Below are positions 31,904 through 41,949 of a DNA stretch of 64,000 nucleotides, piece by piece. The stretch is from Promethearchaeota archaeon (GTDB lineage: Archaea > Asgardarchaeota > Lokiarchaeia > Sigyniarchaeales > SOKP01): the NCBI GenBank assembly GCA_048937405.1, contig JBHLNF010000005.1, positions 205,227-269,226 on the forward strand. The letters are read 5' to 3'. Position 1 is the stretch's first letter; every line of letters starts with the position of its first letter. The notes below the pieces were generated by a model. It searched no databases, had not been told where the DNA came from, and saw nothing but the letters and a program-made list of their open reading frames with translations. Position numbers and translations under genes: made by a program.

Positions 31904-32098
31904 TTAACCTGATTTACTTTTAACTTGTGCTGTTCCAATCAAATTATATTTTTTCCAGTCTTTCTTAGAGGTTGATCTGATTGTATTCACATTTCCACAC
32001 CCCTCACAACTTGATTTTCTTTCCCAATGCAAATACCCACATTCATTACAAATATATGGATATGTTTTCTTAAATAATTTCCAATCTATTTTTATAAT
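31904..32098 (-). CDS. Small zinc-ribbon protein (64 aa), non-canonical start, not in ORF track
   Basis: IIKIDWKLFKKTYPYICNECGYLHWERKSSCEGCGNVNTIR...; CxxC-x10-CxxC; GGGGTGA upstream. Confidence 0.7.
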   Translation of the reverse strand: MIKIDWKLFKKTYPYICNECGYLHWERKSSCEGCGNVNTIRSTSKKDWKKYNLIGTAQVKSKSG

Positions 32099-32316
32099 CC
32101 ATCACCCCTAATAACAAATTTCCGTGAATAATAAAATAATTCACTCTAATTAATTGATTTATTTACTTTTATAGAAAAATTCAGCTATTTAATTACAAAA
32201 GTAAAAGATTCGAGAGAAATAACTTAATTTTATAAAGTTAGTCTAAGAGAAAGATATGTTAAAATGATTGTGAAATCGAGCTTTCACGAATAAATATCAT
32301 AATTTAATAAGAAAAG

Positions 32317-32450
32317 TGGGGACTGAGGGATTTGAACCCCCGACCGACAGGTGTCCGCTATACAGCTTTTGCTTGTAGGATCTGGAGCCTGCTGTGCTAC
32401 CGGATTGTGCTTACTAAGCGATTTTGCTTGGAAAACTACACCAAGTCCCC
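32317..32450 (-). tRNA. tRNA-Trp(CCA) with two introns (D-loop 32405-32435; anticodon loop 32353-32381)
   Basis: Acceptor GGGGACT/AGTCCCC-A; anticodon stem GCAGG/CCTGT with CT-CCA-G; T arm GGGGG-TTCAAAT-CCCTC. Confidence 0.9.
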
Positions 32451-32524
32451 AATCTCAAGTTAATTTACTAAAGAATGTATGAAATAAATATTTTTTTCTA
32501 ATCATGACAAATGAATATGAAAAA

Positions 32525-33514
32525 TTAGTAAAAGCAATTAGATTTGATATTAACTGTTTTTATTGTCGTTTTCTTTTTTGATGGTGAATCGCTTTTAATG
32601 AAATTCCATTTTAATTTGCCAATTAGCCATTTTCCTTCATTATTTGTGCCAATCTCCGTTTTTATAATTAATCCGTACTGCATCACAGGACACTTCTTAC
32701 TTTCTGTGCCAATACAAAAATCTCCTAAAGAATAAGCAATTATTTTGTTGATGTTATTAATGGGAAAAAATGATATTGGTTGTGGACAATGTGAATGGTG
32801 CCCAATTAATGCATCAAATTTGTCTAACATTATCCTCCCGTGGTTAATGGTTCCTATACGGGGAAATAATTCCAGTTCATAACCCCAGTGTGGAAAAAGA
32901 ATGTTAAATGCGCTTTTTTTAAGATAATGGTAAGAGTCCTCTAACTCAACTAAGTAATTACAGGGGCGGTTAGACCATCGAGTGCTACCTACAACTCTTA
33001 TTTTTTCAGATAAATCTATATATGGATTTTTTTCTGTCCCAAACACATTAAAACCTCGCTGAACCAATTGCTTTATTGAAATCGTAAAACCATATATCCC
33101 AAAATCACCACTATGATTATTTGCAACTGATAAAAATGTCTTTTTTGGAGGGAATAAGGCTTCAAGAGTATCCATTATCCAAGGTTTATGTCTTTTATCC
33201 ATCAACTTTTTTTTCTCTGAAGTTATCGTTCCTTCAAAATTTCCAATAAGAAAATCGGATCCATCAATAAATTGATGAACGCTATTATCAATTGTTAATT
33301 TCTTAGTGTTCAGAGCCATTATATCCCCTATGAATGAGACTCTATATTTAGGAGTGATTTTGTTTAATTGATATTTTTTAGGAATGTAGTCTATTTTGCT
33401 ATTATTATTTTTCTTTGGTCCAAAAAAAGTCCGTCGAAGCCTCCCAAAACTCTCTATTATTGAATAAGGAGTAGTAATATGACCATTATTAAAGAGTCGT
33501 CCAGACTTAATCAT
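32525..33514 (-). CDS. CapA/PGA_cap metallophosphoesterase family protein
   Basis: GDIM, GNFEG, VANNHSGDFG, PHWGYE, GHHSH, YSLGDF. Confidence 0.88.
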   Translation of the reverse strand: MIKSGRLFNNGHITTPYSIIESFGRLRRTFFGPKKNNNSKIDYIPKKYQLNKITPKYRVSFIGDIMALNTKKLTIDNSVHQFIDGSDFLIGNFEGTITSEKKKLMDKRHKPWIMDTLEALFPPKKTFLSVANNHSGDFGIYGFTISIKQLVQRGFNVFGTEKNPYIDLSEKIRVVGSTRWSNRPCNYLVELEDSYHYLKKSAFNILFPHWGYELELFPRIGTINHGRIMLDKFDALIGHHSHCPQPISFFPINNINKIIAYSLGDFCIGTESKKCPVMQYGLIIKTEIGTNNEGKWLIGKLKWNFIKSDSPSKKKTTIKTVNIKSNCFY

Positions 33515-33962
33515 AAACTAAAATAGATTTAGATTATAATTTTTAGTTTTTGAAACAAAACTTGTAATGGATTTTTGGATAGTTACTGGATTTACGTATT
33601 AATTGCAATTGAAATAAAGAAAAAAATACATTGAATCCTTAGCTATTTATCTTAGTTTTTCACTACATTCCTTAACAATACTAGATATTTTCCTTGTTTT
33701 TTAATTTGTATTGTATTATGGATTTTTGTAATCTTCTATGAAAAGATATAGAAAAAAATTTAATTCAATCCAAATCCTAAACTCCCAAATAAAAGAAAAT
33801 TTGTGATTACTGTATTTTCAATTTAGTACCGAAAATTTATAAATTCTTATGAAATTACATAAAATAATTTCTAAAAAGAATTAATTAGTTCTCTCAGAAA
33901 AAGCAAATTTTAAAAATTCAATTTGAAAAAACTCAAATTTAAATTTAAGGTGTAAAAATTAA

Positions 33963-34520
33963 ATGAAAATTATAGGTATTGTAGGTAGTCCAAGAGTAGA
34001 TGGGAATACCCAAAAATTAGTAGATATCATTTTGTCAAGTAGCGCGGAAAATGGTGCAGAGACAAAAATATTTAATTTAAATAAAATGGATATAAAAGGA
34101 TGTCAAAGTTGTTATCACTGTAGGACTACTGATGATGGTTGTGCAATAAAGGATGATATGCCACAATTATTTGAAGAAATAATACAATCAGATGCATTGA
34201 TAATTGGGTCACCTATCTATTTTGGACAAATGTCCGCTCAGTTAAAAATATTTATTGATCGTCATTATTCCCAAATGAAACCAGATTTTAGAAATGAGAT
34301 TGGCAAAAAGGATTTGGTCTTAGTTTATACTCAAGGTAATTCTGATATTGATCGATTTAAACAATATATTGATTCTACTTTAAGATTATACGGTTTTATG
34401 GGGTATAAAGTCAAAGATATAATGATTGCACCTGGGCTCCGTAAAATTGGTGCTATTTATCAAGAAAATGAGTTGGTGGAAAAAGCAAAAGAAATTGGAA
34501 AACAGTTATTACAAAATTAA
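33963..34520 (+). CDS. Iron-sulfur flavoprotein / NADPH-dependent FMN reductase family
   Basis: GSPRxxGNT, CQSCYHC...C, GSPIYFG. Confidence 0.9.
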   Translation: MKIIGIVGSPRVDGNTQKLVDIILSSSAENGAETKIFNLNKMDIKGCQSCYHCRTTDDGCAIKDDMPQLFEEIIQSDALIIGSPIYFGQMSAQLKIFIDRHYSQMKPDFRNEIGKKDLVLVYTQGNSDIDRFKQYIDSTLRLYGFMGYKVKDIMIAPGLRKIGAIYQENELVEKAKEIGKQLLQN

Positions 34521-34601
34521 ACATTAGTACAGCGAAATAAAAGCATTTTAAAACAATAAAAAGAGTATTATCGTATATAATTTATAAGAGATTAATTATA
34601 G

Positions 34602-35156
34602 CTAAAAATCTAAAACAAATTGATAGTAGATTTCTTCTTCTGAGCTTTTTATTTTTGTAGTTTTCTTAACTGTAACTCCAATCAGTTCTAATGCTTTTTT
34701 TATATAACCCATAGTGACAAATTCAAAGAAGGGGTGATATTTTATAAAATCTATTAACTGAACATGTAATGTATCTCCTTTAATTTCAACTTTTTCTACC
34801 CCTGCATCAAAATAATGAGTCCAGATATGAGCTAGAAACGTATTAATAAAATCATCAGATGTTCTTTTCTGTTTAATATATGCTTTGAGATAGCCTTGTT
34901 CATTTAGAGCAATTTGTGCTGCTTGTTCCCCAAAACTCCATAATACTTTCTGATTACCATTATGAAATTCTTTAATCAATTTATCTATGAATGACAAATA
35001 TGAATCTAGAGGAATTAGAGACGTCATAGTAACAATATTCGGAAACCCCGAATAATCCTTTTTAAATTTCTGGAAGAAGGTGTTCCAACGTTGTTCTCCA
35101 AAAGCTGAAATATGAGCATTTTTTATTGGAATAAAAGATATCCCTTTTGCATTTAT
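34602..35156 (-). CDS. Hypothetical V4R/HNOB-like protein, extended 43 codons to a putative ATA start
   Basis: In-frame extension INAKGISF...AFGEQRWNTF; FGEQAA, IWTHYFDAG, GYIKKALELIG. Confidence 0.65.
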   Translation of the reverse strand: MNAKGISFIPIKNAHISAFGEQRWNTFFQKFKKDYSGFPNIVTMTSLIPLDSYLSFIDKLIKEFHNGNQKVLWSFGEQAAQIALNEQGYLKAYIKQKRTSDDFINTFLAHIWTHYFDAGVEKVEIKGDTLHVQLIDFIKYHPFFEFVTMGYIKKALELIGVTVKKTTKIKSSEEEIYYQFVLDF

Positions 35157-35365
35157 TTTAAACCACCACCATCATTAGAATCACAATTCTTATTTTCTCT
35201 ATTTAGTTCTATATAACATTTTAACTACTTAATAAATCATTTTTTTGTTTGATAGTTTTACGTTATATAAGAACGAAAAGAGATTTTTTTTTTTATAAAC
35301 CTTTTTAATCCTATCATTCACTTTTAAGACTAAGAGAAGAAATATATTAAATACATAGCAATTTA

Positions 35366-35875
35366 TTATAATTTTTCTCCACATTCTTCACAAAATTTAA
35401 TATTTTCCTTGTTTTTCAATTTAGCACCGCAATTAGAGCAAAAATTATTCATTTTGGGTAAAGTGGTACTCTCTTCTAATATTTCATAGTCAAAAGTTTC
35501 TTTCTCTTCTTCAGTATGTTCAAGTTCAATATTACAATTATCGCAAAATTTACTTTTTGAGGATATATATTTCCCACATGAAATGCATTTGTACCAGAGT
35601 TTTAAACCACAATTTCTGCAAAAATCACTATATTTAGTTATAGGAGCATTACAACGGGGGCAAGTTTTTTTTTCTAACCAAAAATAATGAGAAGTCATTT
35701 GAAATACAATTAATAATAATAAAGTTAGGGGGAGTAGCACCCACCATATAGGACTTATTAGAAGGGATAATATAAAAGATAAAGCTGTAATTATAATAAA
35801 GATTAATACAAATACTCCTATAGATCCTCTTTTCTTTATATTCTTGCCACTAATGTTCACGGAAATAACTTTCAC
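35366..35875 (-). CDS. Membrane protein with tandem zinc ribbons (DZR)
   Basis: Two hydrophobic helices followed by six CxxC motifs. Confidence 0.8.
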   Translation of the reverse strand: MKVISVNISGKNIKKRGSIGVFVLIFIIITALSFILSLLISPIWWVLLPLTLLLLIVFQMTSHYFWLEKKTCPRCNAPITKYSDFCRNCGLKLWYKCISCGKYISSKSKFCDNCNIELEHTEEEKETFDYEILEESTTLPKMNNFCSNCGAKLKNKENIKFCEECGEKL

Positions 35876-36275
35876 TAAAATGAATCATTTCTTATGAATC
35901 ATAATATTTCTTTAACTTTAAGATATATGATTAAAAAAGCTAAGTGATGGTTGTTTTACAATAAGGACAAATTATGGTATCTTTATCTATTTTTTCTCCA
36001 CACGCAAAACAAAATATTTTTTCAAGACTGTATAAGATTTTTTCATTATTTTTATTCAATTTTTCTAATATATCATTGTTATTTTTTTCATCAAACATAG
36101 ATTAATCTCATTATTATTGATATAAAATTTAGTATAATTAAAATTAGAACAAATAGCTTTAATAAAAAATTGTAGACCAATATTTAAGTGAATTATTTTA
36201 AGATGACAAAATTTAAGAGTAATAAATTTCTTAAATTATTATAGAAAATTCATAAGATTATTGGTTAAAATAAAA

Positions 36276-36482
36276 ATGCCTGGTTCTCATGGTTCTTTAA
36301 CAAAAGCAGGAAAAGTAAAAATGCAAACTCCAAAAATTGAGAGGACTGGAGTAAATGCTATTAAAAAAAAGGCTCCTAGAATGAGATTTCGCGAATTATA
36401 TATCCAGAGAATATTAAAGGGTGGTTTCGGGGGTCAAAAAGATAGTCTTGGAGCGAAAAGATCTCAATTTTCAAGAAGATAA
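36276..36482 (+). CDS. rps30e: 30S ribosomal protein S30e
   Basis: MPGSHGSLTKAGKVKMQTPKI signature. Confidence 0.93.
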   Translation: MPGSHGSLTKAGKVKMQTPKIERTGVNAIKKKAPRMRFRELYIQRILKGGFGGQKDSLGAKRSQFSRR

Positions 36483-36495
36483 AAAAAAATTTTTT

Positions 36496-38385
36496 CTATT
36501 CAATTATTCCTATTGTATGCAATTGAGTTTTTAGTTTTTGACTTTGTTTAAGATAAAACTGTGATTTTTCACGATTTTCACTATATCTATTATAAAAATC
36601 ACTCATCAAGAGATTCCATCTTATTGCTCTCTTCATATTACTTATCTCCTTTAAGGTTATGCGATTCTCAATATTCGCTAATAAAGAATGTGCTTTTTTA
36701 ACATCTTTTTTGTAATGAATATAGAATTCACACATTTCAAGAATTAAATCTATTAGAAGTTTTAGGATTTCCTTATTTTCAAAATCAAATTCAATTGTTT
36801 CAAACCCAGTTTTTAAAAATTTATGAGTCAGAGTTAGATTACCCTTATTTTTATAATAAATCGCACGAAGAAGACAATATTTTAGTTTTACTTTTAAATT
36901 ACTATTTCCAATTTGAAAAGCGTTTTTGAAATATACTTTCGATTCTTCAATTTTTTCCTGTTCTCGGAGTATTAGTCCAATATATACATATGCTACACCG
37001 AGAAATACTTCTTTATCTATGGAAATTTTTTCATTTTCTAAAAAATTGACTATAACTTTAAAATGATTAAATGCGTTCTCAATTTCCTTTCTTTTATAAT
37101 ACATAACTCCTAATCTATAATGGATTTGAATAATGAATTCAACGGGAATTTCTCCTGATTTTGCGATACCTAATGCATTCTGTAAATAATTAAGAGCCAT
37201 ATCTTCGTGATTTAATAGTTTTGCAATTTTAGCCAATTTAAGTAAAATAGATACAATTATTTTTTTTTGTTGGTTTTTGTTAAATACGATTAATAAATCA
37301 TTTAGGAGTTTAGCTGCTTCTTCAAATCTATAGTTGTTAATTAGTTCTTCTGCCTCAATATATTTATCTATAGACTCAATTACTTCAAAATTAGAAGGAG
37401 GTTTGTTAAATAGATGATTATGTATATAAAATAATTCTTTTGAAATCGAACTTTCATAACTTAATGCTGAAAAAGGAAAATTATTTTTATTTTCAATAAA
37501 ATCTGGATTATTATATTTGAGTTCTTTATCAGCACGAAATCTTATCAATGCAGTTTGGCTAATTTTTCTTGTTTCAATAATTTCTTTTACTGAATTCAAA
37601 ATTAAACGTGCAAAGGTAATCCAATTTTCCAAAAATAAATCTAATTTAAATTCTGGAACCTTAGAGAATACTTCATTTAAAATATATGGAGAATAACTAT
37701 CAATGAGTCCCCTTAGATAAAATTTATCATATTTTATGTCATTGATATAGGTAAAATATCCTTTCTCCAAAATAAAAAATTCATAATGATATTTATCATC
37801 TGAGAAAAATACAGTTTCAGAAGTTCTAATCTTAGGAATTCCATCTTTTAACTCCCAAGGAATTTCAAATGTTGGATTTAATCCCACTTTTTGAAGTGTT
37901 TCTTGAATAATTTTTAATTCTTGGTTTGAAAACTCTGTTAATTTATCTCTCTTATTCATCAGTGAAATTCTTATTCGATTTAACCATGAACTTTCATTTT
38001 CATTATTAATTAACTCTGGCATTATTAAATTTAATAGTTCATTTAGTTGTTGTTTTCTTCCATCTAAAGGAAAGTTATGTTCAAGATTAAGAGATAGTGC
38101 TAAATTTCTAAATGATTTCATAAAATAAAGAATATTAGTATATATATGCTTATTCAAATTCCAAAATTGAAAAGCCATTGAAATTTGAAAACTTACAATT
38201 TCGAATGGAATATTGATTCTAATTGGAAGCGTTATAGGAAATTTGAAAGTGAATAAAACTAATTTATTCTTCTTTAAACTGTATCGAAAATAGTTTTCAA
38301 TCTGTTTATCGATCTTCCATCCATTTTTTTCAATAAATTCTCTTAAATTTTTTATCTCATTTGAAGAAAATGGGTTAATTGACAT
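36496..38385 (-). CDS. TPR-repeat protein
   Basis: C-terminal TPR-like units (ALNYLQNAL, HYRLGVMYY, AYVYIGLI). Confidence 0.75.
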   Translation of the reverse strand: MSINPFSSNEIKNLREFIEKNGWKIDKQIENYFRYSLKKNKLVLFTFKFPITLPIRINIPFEIVSFQISMAFQFWNLNKHIYTNILYFMKSFRNLALSLNLEHNFPLDGRKQQLNELLNLIMPELINNENESSWLNRIRISLMNKRDKLTEFSNQELKIIQETLQKVGLNPTFEIPWELKDGIPKIRTSETVFFSDDKYHYEFFILEKGYFTYINDIKYDKFYLRGLIDSYSPYILNEVFSKVPEFKLDLFLENWITFARLILNSVKEIIETRKISQTALIRFRADKELKYNNPDFIENKNNFPFSALSYESSISKELFYIHNHLFNKPPSNFEVIESIDKYIEAEELINNYRFEEAAKLLNDLLIVFNKNQQKKIIVSILLKLAKIAKLLNHEDMALNYLQNALGIAKSGEIPVEFIIQIHYRLGVMYYKRKEIENAFNHFKVIVNFLENEKISIDKEVFLGVAYVYIGLILREQEKIEESKVYFKNAFQIGNSNLKVKLKYCLLRAIYYKNKGNLTLTHKFLKTGFETIEFDFENKEILKLLIDLILEMCEFYIHYKKDVKKAHSLLANIENRITLKEISNMKRAIRWNLLMSDFYNRYSENREKSQFYLKQSQKLKTQLHTIGIIE

Positions 38386-38545
38386 GTGCGTATTGCTCTT
38401 GAGTAATTAATGTTCTTAGAGACCGAAAAAGTTCTTATATAACTATTAGTGATTACAAATATTAAATTTTATATCAACATCAGATTTAATAGGATGAATT
38501 TATTTGTAAAAATTGTATTTTAAAGAAGAATTTATTGATTTCATC

Positions 38546-39235
38546 ATGGATATCACACAATTTAATAAAGAACTTGGAAAGAAGATTGTAATCGCCCAAA
38601 GATTTGAAAAAAAGGGTGATATTCAGGCTGCAATCCAAGAATGGGTAGATATCTCCCAAATGGCTTTAAATTTTTCAAAATCTCCAAAAATCAGTGCTTC
38701 TTTCAAAAATATGATTATTAATAGAACAAAAGGTATTTTTGCTCATATTAAAAACTTAAAAGCAAGTCAATTTAAAGAAGAAATATCAATGGTTGATTTA
38801 CAACCATCAGAAGAAGTTATAGTAGAGAAAATTCATCCTCAAATATCTCAAAAAGAGAAATTTCCTTCACAAGAGAAAGAAATAGATAATCATCAAGTTA
38901 TTAATTCGACCAATAATAGTAAACCTAACATTATTGAAGACTCTAACTTAAAAAACTTACCAAAAGGATTTAAGGAAATTGAGACAACAAAAGAATTTAA
39001 AATAATTACACCTCATGATGAAGATTTTATCAAAAAACAACATGCTAAAGCAAAAGAGGTTGATATGTTTAAAACCAAAAAACTAGAAATCTCAGATGAA
39101 ACCCCCCAACCTACTAACAATATTGATTTTGGAGTGCTTCAAAGTGGTAAAAATCTAATTTGTTTTGCATGTGGTTATGATAAAAATACATTAAAAGATA
39201 AAAAATGTAAGAATTGTGGAACAGATCTTATTTAA
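38546..39235 (+). CDS. MIT-like helical domain protein with C-terminal zinc ribbon
   Basis: AQRFEKKGDIQAAIQEW helix pair, disordered linker, CFAC/CKNC. Confidence 0.6.
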   Translation: MDITQFNKELGKKIVIAQRFEKKGDIQAAIQEWVDISQMALNFSKSPKISASFKNMIINRTKGIFAHIKNLKASQFKEEISMVDLQPSEEVIVEKIHPQISQKEKFPSQEKEIDNHQVINSTNNSKPNIIEDSNLKNLPKGFKEIETTKEFKIITPHDEDFIKKQHAKAKEVDMFKTKKLEISDETPQPTNNIDFGVLQSGKNLICFACGYDKNTLKDKKCKNCGTDLI

Positions 39236-39245
39236 TTTTAACCTA

Positions 39246-39803
39246 TTAATAGCGAGGTTGCCTTTTTGATTTTTGAATTTTATTGAATTTTTTAATTGCA
39301 CGATCTCGCCATACAGTATTCCATTTTTTAAAACCAGACTTAACGTATTTTTCTCTTTTGTAAAAATCATAACAAACCCAATTAAACAATACAAAAAAGC
39401 GTTTAGCTCCGCTTTTTTTCGTTAAGTTTTTTGATATTACATTTAAATCATTACGAAAATGAGAAATTAATTTTCCTTCAACTGCATCTTGTAATTTTCC
39501 CTCAATTATGGCATCTTCATAGTTGATTCCTTCTTCTATAAAATAAGCTCTTACATCATCAAAAATATTTCCTCGACAGAGATGGATAGTTTCAGAATTC
39601 TGTTGAAAGTCTAATTCTCTTAATCCGTCCTTAACTAATTCTACGGATTTTTTTAGTGGCATTTTATTTTTCCAATTTTCTCCTTTAAATAATTCTACTG
39701 AGAGTGTTCGAAATACTAATTCTCCAGTTTCTTTTCTCAAAAAACCGATGAATGCATCACCCACTAAGTCTCCTGTACCACTATCATCAATTTCAATCGT
39801 CAT
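39246..39803 (-). CDS. Conserved hypothetical protein, RNase H-like N-terminus
   Basis: IEIDDSGTGDLVG resembles the RNase HII DExGxG motif. Confidence 0.55.
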   Translation of the reverse strand: MTIEIDDSGTGDLVGDAFIGFLRKETGELVFRTLSVELFKGENWKNKMPLKKSVELVKDGLRELDFQQNSETIHLCRGNIFDDVRAYFIEEGINYEDAIIEGKLQDAVEGKLISHFRNDLNVISKNLTKKSGAKRFFVLFNWVCYDFYKREKYVKSGFKKWNTVWRDRAIKKFNKIQKSKRQPRY

Positions 39804-39908
39804 TGTTAATAAAGTGTTTTTTCATTGTTATGTTAATTGAGTAAATTAATTAAAAAATATCAAGTTTTATAAAATTAAATATAATGATAATTTCTTGAGA
39901 AATTACTT

Positions 39909-40703
39909 ATGAATATTGAACTCTTAATGATAGGAAATGAGATTCTTATTGGAAAGACTCAAGATACTAATTCAAATTGGATGGCAAAAAGAATTACAAA
40001 GTATGGACATCATGTTAAAAGGATTACCACTATTGGTGATGATCTTGAAATAATTTCAACTACAATACAGCAAATTTTATTACGCAATCCGGATCTGATT
40101 ATAACATCAGGAGGAATTGGACCTACGTTCGATGATATGACTTTGCAAGGAATAGCTAATGGTTTAAATAGGAATTTAGAAATGGATCATCGTGCCTATG
40201 AAACAATTAAAAAAACTTATGAACGAGCACATAAAAAGGGTCTCCTACAAATCAAAGAGATGACTAAGGAACGAGAAAAAATGGCATATCTTCCAAAGGG
40301 TTCTATTCCTTTAACTAATACGGTTGGAACTGCACCTGGAGTTAAGATTATTGAAAAAAATACTCTAATTTTTATATTACCTGGTGTACCTGTTGAGATG
40401 AAAGCTATGTTTCGAAATATAATTTTATCAATATTGAAAGAAAAACAAGGTAATTTCATAGAAAAAGGCTTCCTTTTTTCAGGTATAGGAGAAAGTCAGA
40501 TTGCAGCTTATACTAATGAATTAGAAAAAAAATATCCTCAATTATGGATTAAAACTCATCCTAAAATTGGGTTATCTGTCGAAGTTGAGGTCTCTATAAC
40601 TGCTTTTAATGTAGAAAATGGTGAAGAATTAATAGATGAAGTTTTAGATCAGATTAAAAAAATTGTAATAAAACTCAATGGTAAAATAAAAGAAAGAAAA
40701 TAA
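39909..40703 (+). CDS. CinA-like molybdopterin-binding domain protein
   Basis: IGNEILIG..QDTN, GGIGPTFDDMT, GTAPG, LPGVPVEM. Confidence 0.9.
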   Translation: MNIELLMIGNEILIGKTQDTNSNWMAKRITKYGHHVKRITTIGDDLEIISTTIQQILLRNPDLIITSGGIGPTFDDMTLQGIANGLNRNLEMDHRAYETIKKTYERAHKKGLLQIKEMTKEREKMAYLPKGSIPLTNTVGTAPGVKIIEKNTLIFILPGVPVEMKAMFRNIILSILKEKQGNFIEKGFLFSGIGESQIAAYTNELEKKYPQLWIKTHPKIGLSVEVEVSITAFNVENGEELIDEVLDQIKKIVIKLNGKIKERK

Positions 40704-40714
40704 TTCCAATTTTG

Positions 40715-40735
40715 ATGCCACTTCGCAAGTGGTAT
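40715..40735. terminator. Hairpin between convergent cinA-like and selD genes
   Basis: ATGCCACT-TCGCA-AGTGGTAT inverted repeat. Confidence 0.4.
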
Positions 40736-40784
40736 TTTCAACAAGCCACCATTATAAATGTTTAAGCTCATTTCATTAACATCT
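40731..40784 (-). promoter_or_regulatory. Eukaryote-type (type II) SECIS element in selD 3' UTR
   Basis: AUGAA-augagcu-u-AAA-cauu(uau)aaug-gu-ggcuugu-UGAA: GA/GA core, helix II, unpaired AAA, apical mini-stem. Confidence 0.85.
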
Positions 40785-41810
40785 TTAGAGGTTTTTAATT
40801 TCAAGATTTTGAGCATCTTCAGCAACTCTAACTAGCCCCGGTTGTACATTATCTATTGACCCAACAATCCAATTAGTTATTTTATTACTTGTTAGAGTAT
40901 TCGTGAATTCTTCCACTTTAGTGGGATCAACAGCAAGTAACATACCTCCAGCAGTTTCATGACTATAACAATCATCAAAAGCATATCCTAATTCGTTTGA
41001 TAACTCCTTAGAAAACTTTATTGAGGGAGTAGTATCTATGATAGCAGACAAATCAGAATTTTGAAGCATTTCAGTAGTATGACCAGCCAATCCAAATCCC
41101 GTAATATCACTTAATGCATGAACAAAGGAAAAATCCTTATAGGAATGGATTGTTTTAATAACGTCTTGATTTGGAGTTGTCATAATTTCTACGGCAAGAT
41201 CTATAGATTTTTGGAGTTCTACCTGAGAATAATGTTCTAACATTTCTGGAAAATCCTTAAGAAGTCTATAAGCTGCCATAATTGCTTGTAATCCAATCGG
41301 TTTAGTTAAAATTAATTTATCCCCTTCTTTTACTCCTTGTTTTTGTATAATAGCATCTTTATGTACATATCCAGAAGCTTCTCCACCCATTAATGGCCAT
41401 TCACTATAAATGGTGTGCCCTCCAACTATTCTAGAATTTATCTTTTCTTCCATAAAGTATTTGATCCCCTTTAGAATCCCCTCCGCAATTTTCATTGGAG
41501 TTCTTGTACTTATAGCTAGAAATACAAGCATTCCTGATATCTCAGGTACATTCATTGCAAAAATATCATTTGTTACATTACACGCAGCAATTTCGCCAGC
41601 AATTTCCGGTTCATCAATAATTGGTGTGAAAATATCGATATTTTTGACAAGAACTAAGTCACTATTTGGAATTGGAAGAATTGCAGCATCTTCTATATCT
41701 CCCGCTAATCCTACTTTGGCTAATAGATCGTTCAAATCGCTTTGTCCGAGTTTACAACTTCATCCATGTATTTTTACATCTTTGGTTAACCGATATTCTG
41801 AGTTTTCCAT
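40785..41810 (-). CDS. selD: Selenophosphate synthetase, selenocysteine-containing (UGA at 41760-41762, codon 17)
   Basis: GAGGTGA SD, then ATG MENSEYRLTKDVKIHG-U-SCKL in frame with EDAA, DIFTPI, GGHT, LTKPIG, DITGFGLAGH, ETAGG. Confidence 0.95.
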
Positions 41811-41949
41811 TTTCACCTCACACTAATAATTTTATCTAATTTAATTAAAATTTTAAATATAAAAAACTATTCAATTCTTATTTATTAAGTTCAATAAATT
41901 TAATTAAAAATATATTAAAAAAAATAAAATATTTATACTGCTTGTTTAT

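Noticed and set aside
32353-32381. C/D-box guide RNA in the tRNA-Trp intron, as in some Euryarchaeota
   Set aside because: The 29-nt intron is too short and has no C/D boxes
29707-35875. Integrated element at tRNA-Trp
   Set aside because: No integrase and no duplicated tRNA 3' end seen; the same holds for tRNA-Tyr
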